This document shows positions 61,803 through 64,000 of a DNA stretch of 64,000 bases, piece by piece. Position numbers and translations under genes: made by a program. The notes below the pieces were generated by a model. It was not told where the DNA came from and searched no databases. It saw nothing but the letters and a program-made list of their open reading frames with translations. Each line of letters opens with the position of its first letter. Position 1 is the stretch's first letter. Source of the DNA: Phoronis australis (taxonomy: Eukaryota; Animalia; Phoronida). The stretch lies in contig NMRA01000999.1 in the NCBI GenBank assembly GCA_002633005.1, positions 9,810 through 73,809 on the forward strand. Reading direction: 5' to 3'.

Positions 61803-63340
61803 TTTTTTTTTCACTGTGATATATATTTATTGAAGGATACACAGAACATACAAAGAAATAATAACAAACCCAGAAACCGCGAAGCATTATACATGTATCT
61901 GGGTTGTAAACAATTCCTAAATGAAACTTATATACATAGAGGTATATACAATTAAGTAGTATCTAAAATAAGTATTCCAATACTTAGACATGCTATTACA
62001 GATATATAAAAACAAAAATATGTACACATTCATGTAGGGAAATCAGATGCAACAATATTGATAAACGATACATAAAAATTTGCTAACGTTGCTTAGGAGG
62101 AATTCGTTGAGAACGAAGTCAAGGTTAGGACTACCATTCAGTAATAATGTAACTCTAGTAGGGATATTATTACAAGAATTGAGAGCGTTAACAATTGATT
62201 GGTTATCATTGAATGCACGAAAGAGTGAGTCTCTCAGGGATTCAATGAGGGGACATTTGAAGAAAATATGAGGATAAGATTGATGGTCACCATTTACAGT
62301 TTAGAGAGACATTACTAAAGTTGGGCCTGAACTTGTCAGAGTTGAGGAAAAGGCCACATCTTGATCTGTACAATGCTATTTCGTTATCGCGGGTAAGGGA
62401 GAATTGAGTCAAGGGTGTTGAGTTATCAAAATTATGAAAAAGAGTTCTAAAATTATTTTTTATACTCGTAAAAGAGTTGCTTTCCTTAACAGAGACTGGA
62501 AGAGAATTCCAGTTGTTGATGCACATCATGACTGTAGACCCTCTGAATGCCTGACTGAACGACGGAGGAATTGCATATGGGGTGGAGGATTTCAAATCAC
62601 TACGATGGCCTTGTCTAGTACATAGATCAAATATTTTTTTGACAGACACGATGTTGACAATGTTTATTACCTTGAAAGTAAATGTGGTCATGTGAAGATT
62701 GCGTCGAGTAGACAGTTTGGGCCACTTGAGACTATTCAAAACCTTAACACTATTGGATTACCTGTAAGCTCCGGTTATGAGTAAAGCGGCTTGATATTGT
62801 AACTTCTCCAAATGTTGGAGTGCACTCGTATTGGCAGACTGATATATAATATCACACTAATCAATGTGTGGAAGTACAAACGATTTGAACAAAACTTCTA
62901 AATGTGTAGAATTCAGATGACGAGAGACAAGCTTAAGTGGGTTAATTAGTTCCTGAGTTTTTTGTACGAGCTCCCGAACGTGAGGGGTGAATGAGAGTTT
63001 TTCATCTAACGACCCAGATGTTTGTGCGACTGTTTTCTAGGAATGATTTCATCATTAAATTTAAGGTCATAAGATGGGTCAACAAGGAAGAGAGCATTAA
63101 TAGATTTGGAGATGGTGAGGTCAACGCTTTTTTCTGGTTTAAAATGCATTCTCCATTCTTGTGACCAATAGCTTAGTTTATTTAAGTCATGTTGAAGCTG
63201 CAAAGAACATTCAGGTCTGCTCCCTGCGAAGGGGTAAAAAAGCGCCGTGTCATCTGCATAAAGGTATGTGCTACATGACAGGTTATCAGGAAGGTCATTA
63301 ATATAAACCAAGAAGAGAAGAGGGCCGAATACGCTACCCT
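61803..63340 (-). mobile_element. 5'-truncated CR1-group (CR1/L2/Crack-like) LINE with a degenerate RT ORF2
   Basis: GSVFGPLLFLVYINDLP...YLYADDTAL, LQHDLNKLSYWSQEWRMHF, HKHLG, FKSFVLPHID*CD, WNSLP and a C-terminal C..HIFFKC. The 3' end has AATAAA and an A9 tail at ~61803-61831. Confidence 0.92.
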
Positions 63341-64000
63341 AATAGCTCACTTGCGAGTTTCTCGTTAGTCAATGTGACGTCACCGGAAAAGGGGCAAAAC
63401 CGGCCATATTGCTCTTGTTTGGCCGAGGCAAAACGGTAACGCTTGACCAAGACCATTACCACCGGATGTGACGTTTTATAGTTTCTCTTTTACACACCAC
63501 TAGCGCTACTTACATATGACGTAAGCAGAGGTTAGAGGTCATCCGCAGAGTTCAGAATGATATGAGGAGTCTCGACCTAAGAGTGCGGCGATGGAGAAGA
63601 GATAGAAATTAACTTCACAAAAACGATTTTTTCCAATAATTTTGAAGTTATTTTGTATTCCTGTTGTTTTCCAGGTGCTTTCCTTTCAAAAATGGCAATT
63701 AAGATAATTCACTACGTACTGAGATACAGAAAAACAGTAAAATTCGCCAAAAATTTAGTAACAAAAATGCTGTTTTCTGCTTAAGACTTTTGCATGGAAA
63801 GTATTGCTTTTAAATTTGCTTTTATCAACAAGATATCTCAACGTTCACACACAGAACAAAAAATGCATCATGCTTAGCTTCAGTGGCCTTTCCATAACTG
63901 TCGTCATACTGAGCATCAATGTCACCCCCCCTGGCAGGGTCCCAATTAAGGCACCTGCTGCAACCACCCTAACCAGGGCCAGTTGCGTTTCGAAGCGAAG

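Overview
Eukaryotic, intron-rich, AT-rich animal DNA, most likely a marine invertebrate (inferred from the IRF plus HR39-type receptor and the repeat landscape). I reconstructed three spliced genes by hand from GT-AG boundaries with consistent phases. (1) The 5' part of an LRRC74-like leucine-rich-repeat gene on the minus strand (<1-8554), which runs off the left edge. (2) A complete IRF1/2-type interferon regulatory factor on the plus strand (28075-42471, 9 coding exons, ~374 aa), with a GAS palindrome and several kB-like sites upstream. (3) A complete NR5B/HR39-type nuclear receptor on the minus strand (50028-56877, at least 8 coding exons, ~582 aa) with a 4-residue D-box and an in-frame tandem splice donor. 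The rest includes a spliced but stop-riddled CARF-like relic (~59780-61250), a truncated CR1-group LINE (61803-63340), an L1/Tx1 relic containing a 40-bp minisatellite, a deleted Tc1 element, many MITEs (one group with consistent 5-bp TSDs) and a tRNA-like SINE head. There is no CRISPR array or prokaryotic-type system, and I cannot claim a wholly new system. The best leads are the divergent NR5B, the IRF regulatory architecture and the CARF-like relic. All family assignments come from motif recognition, not database searches.
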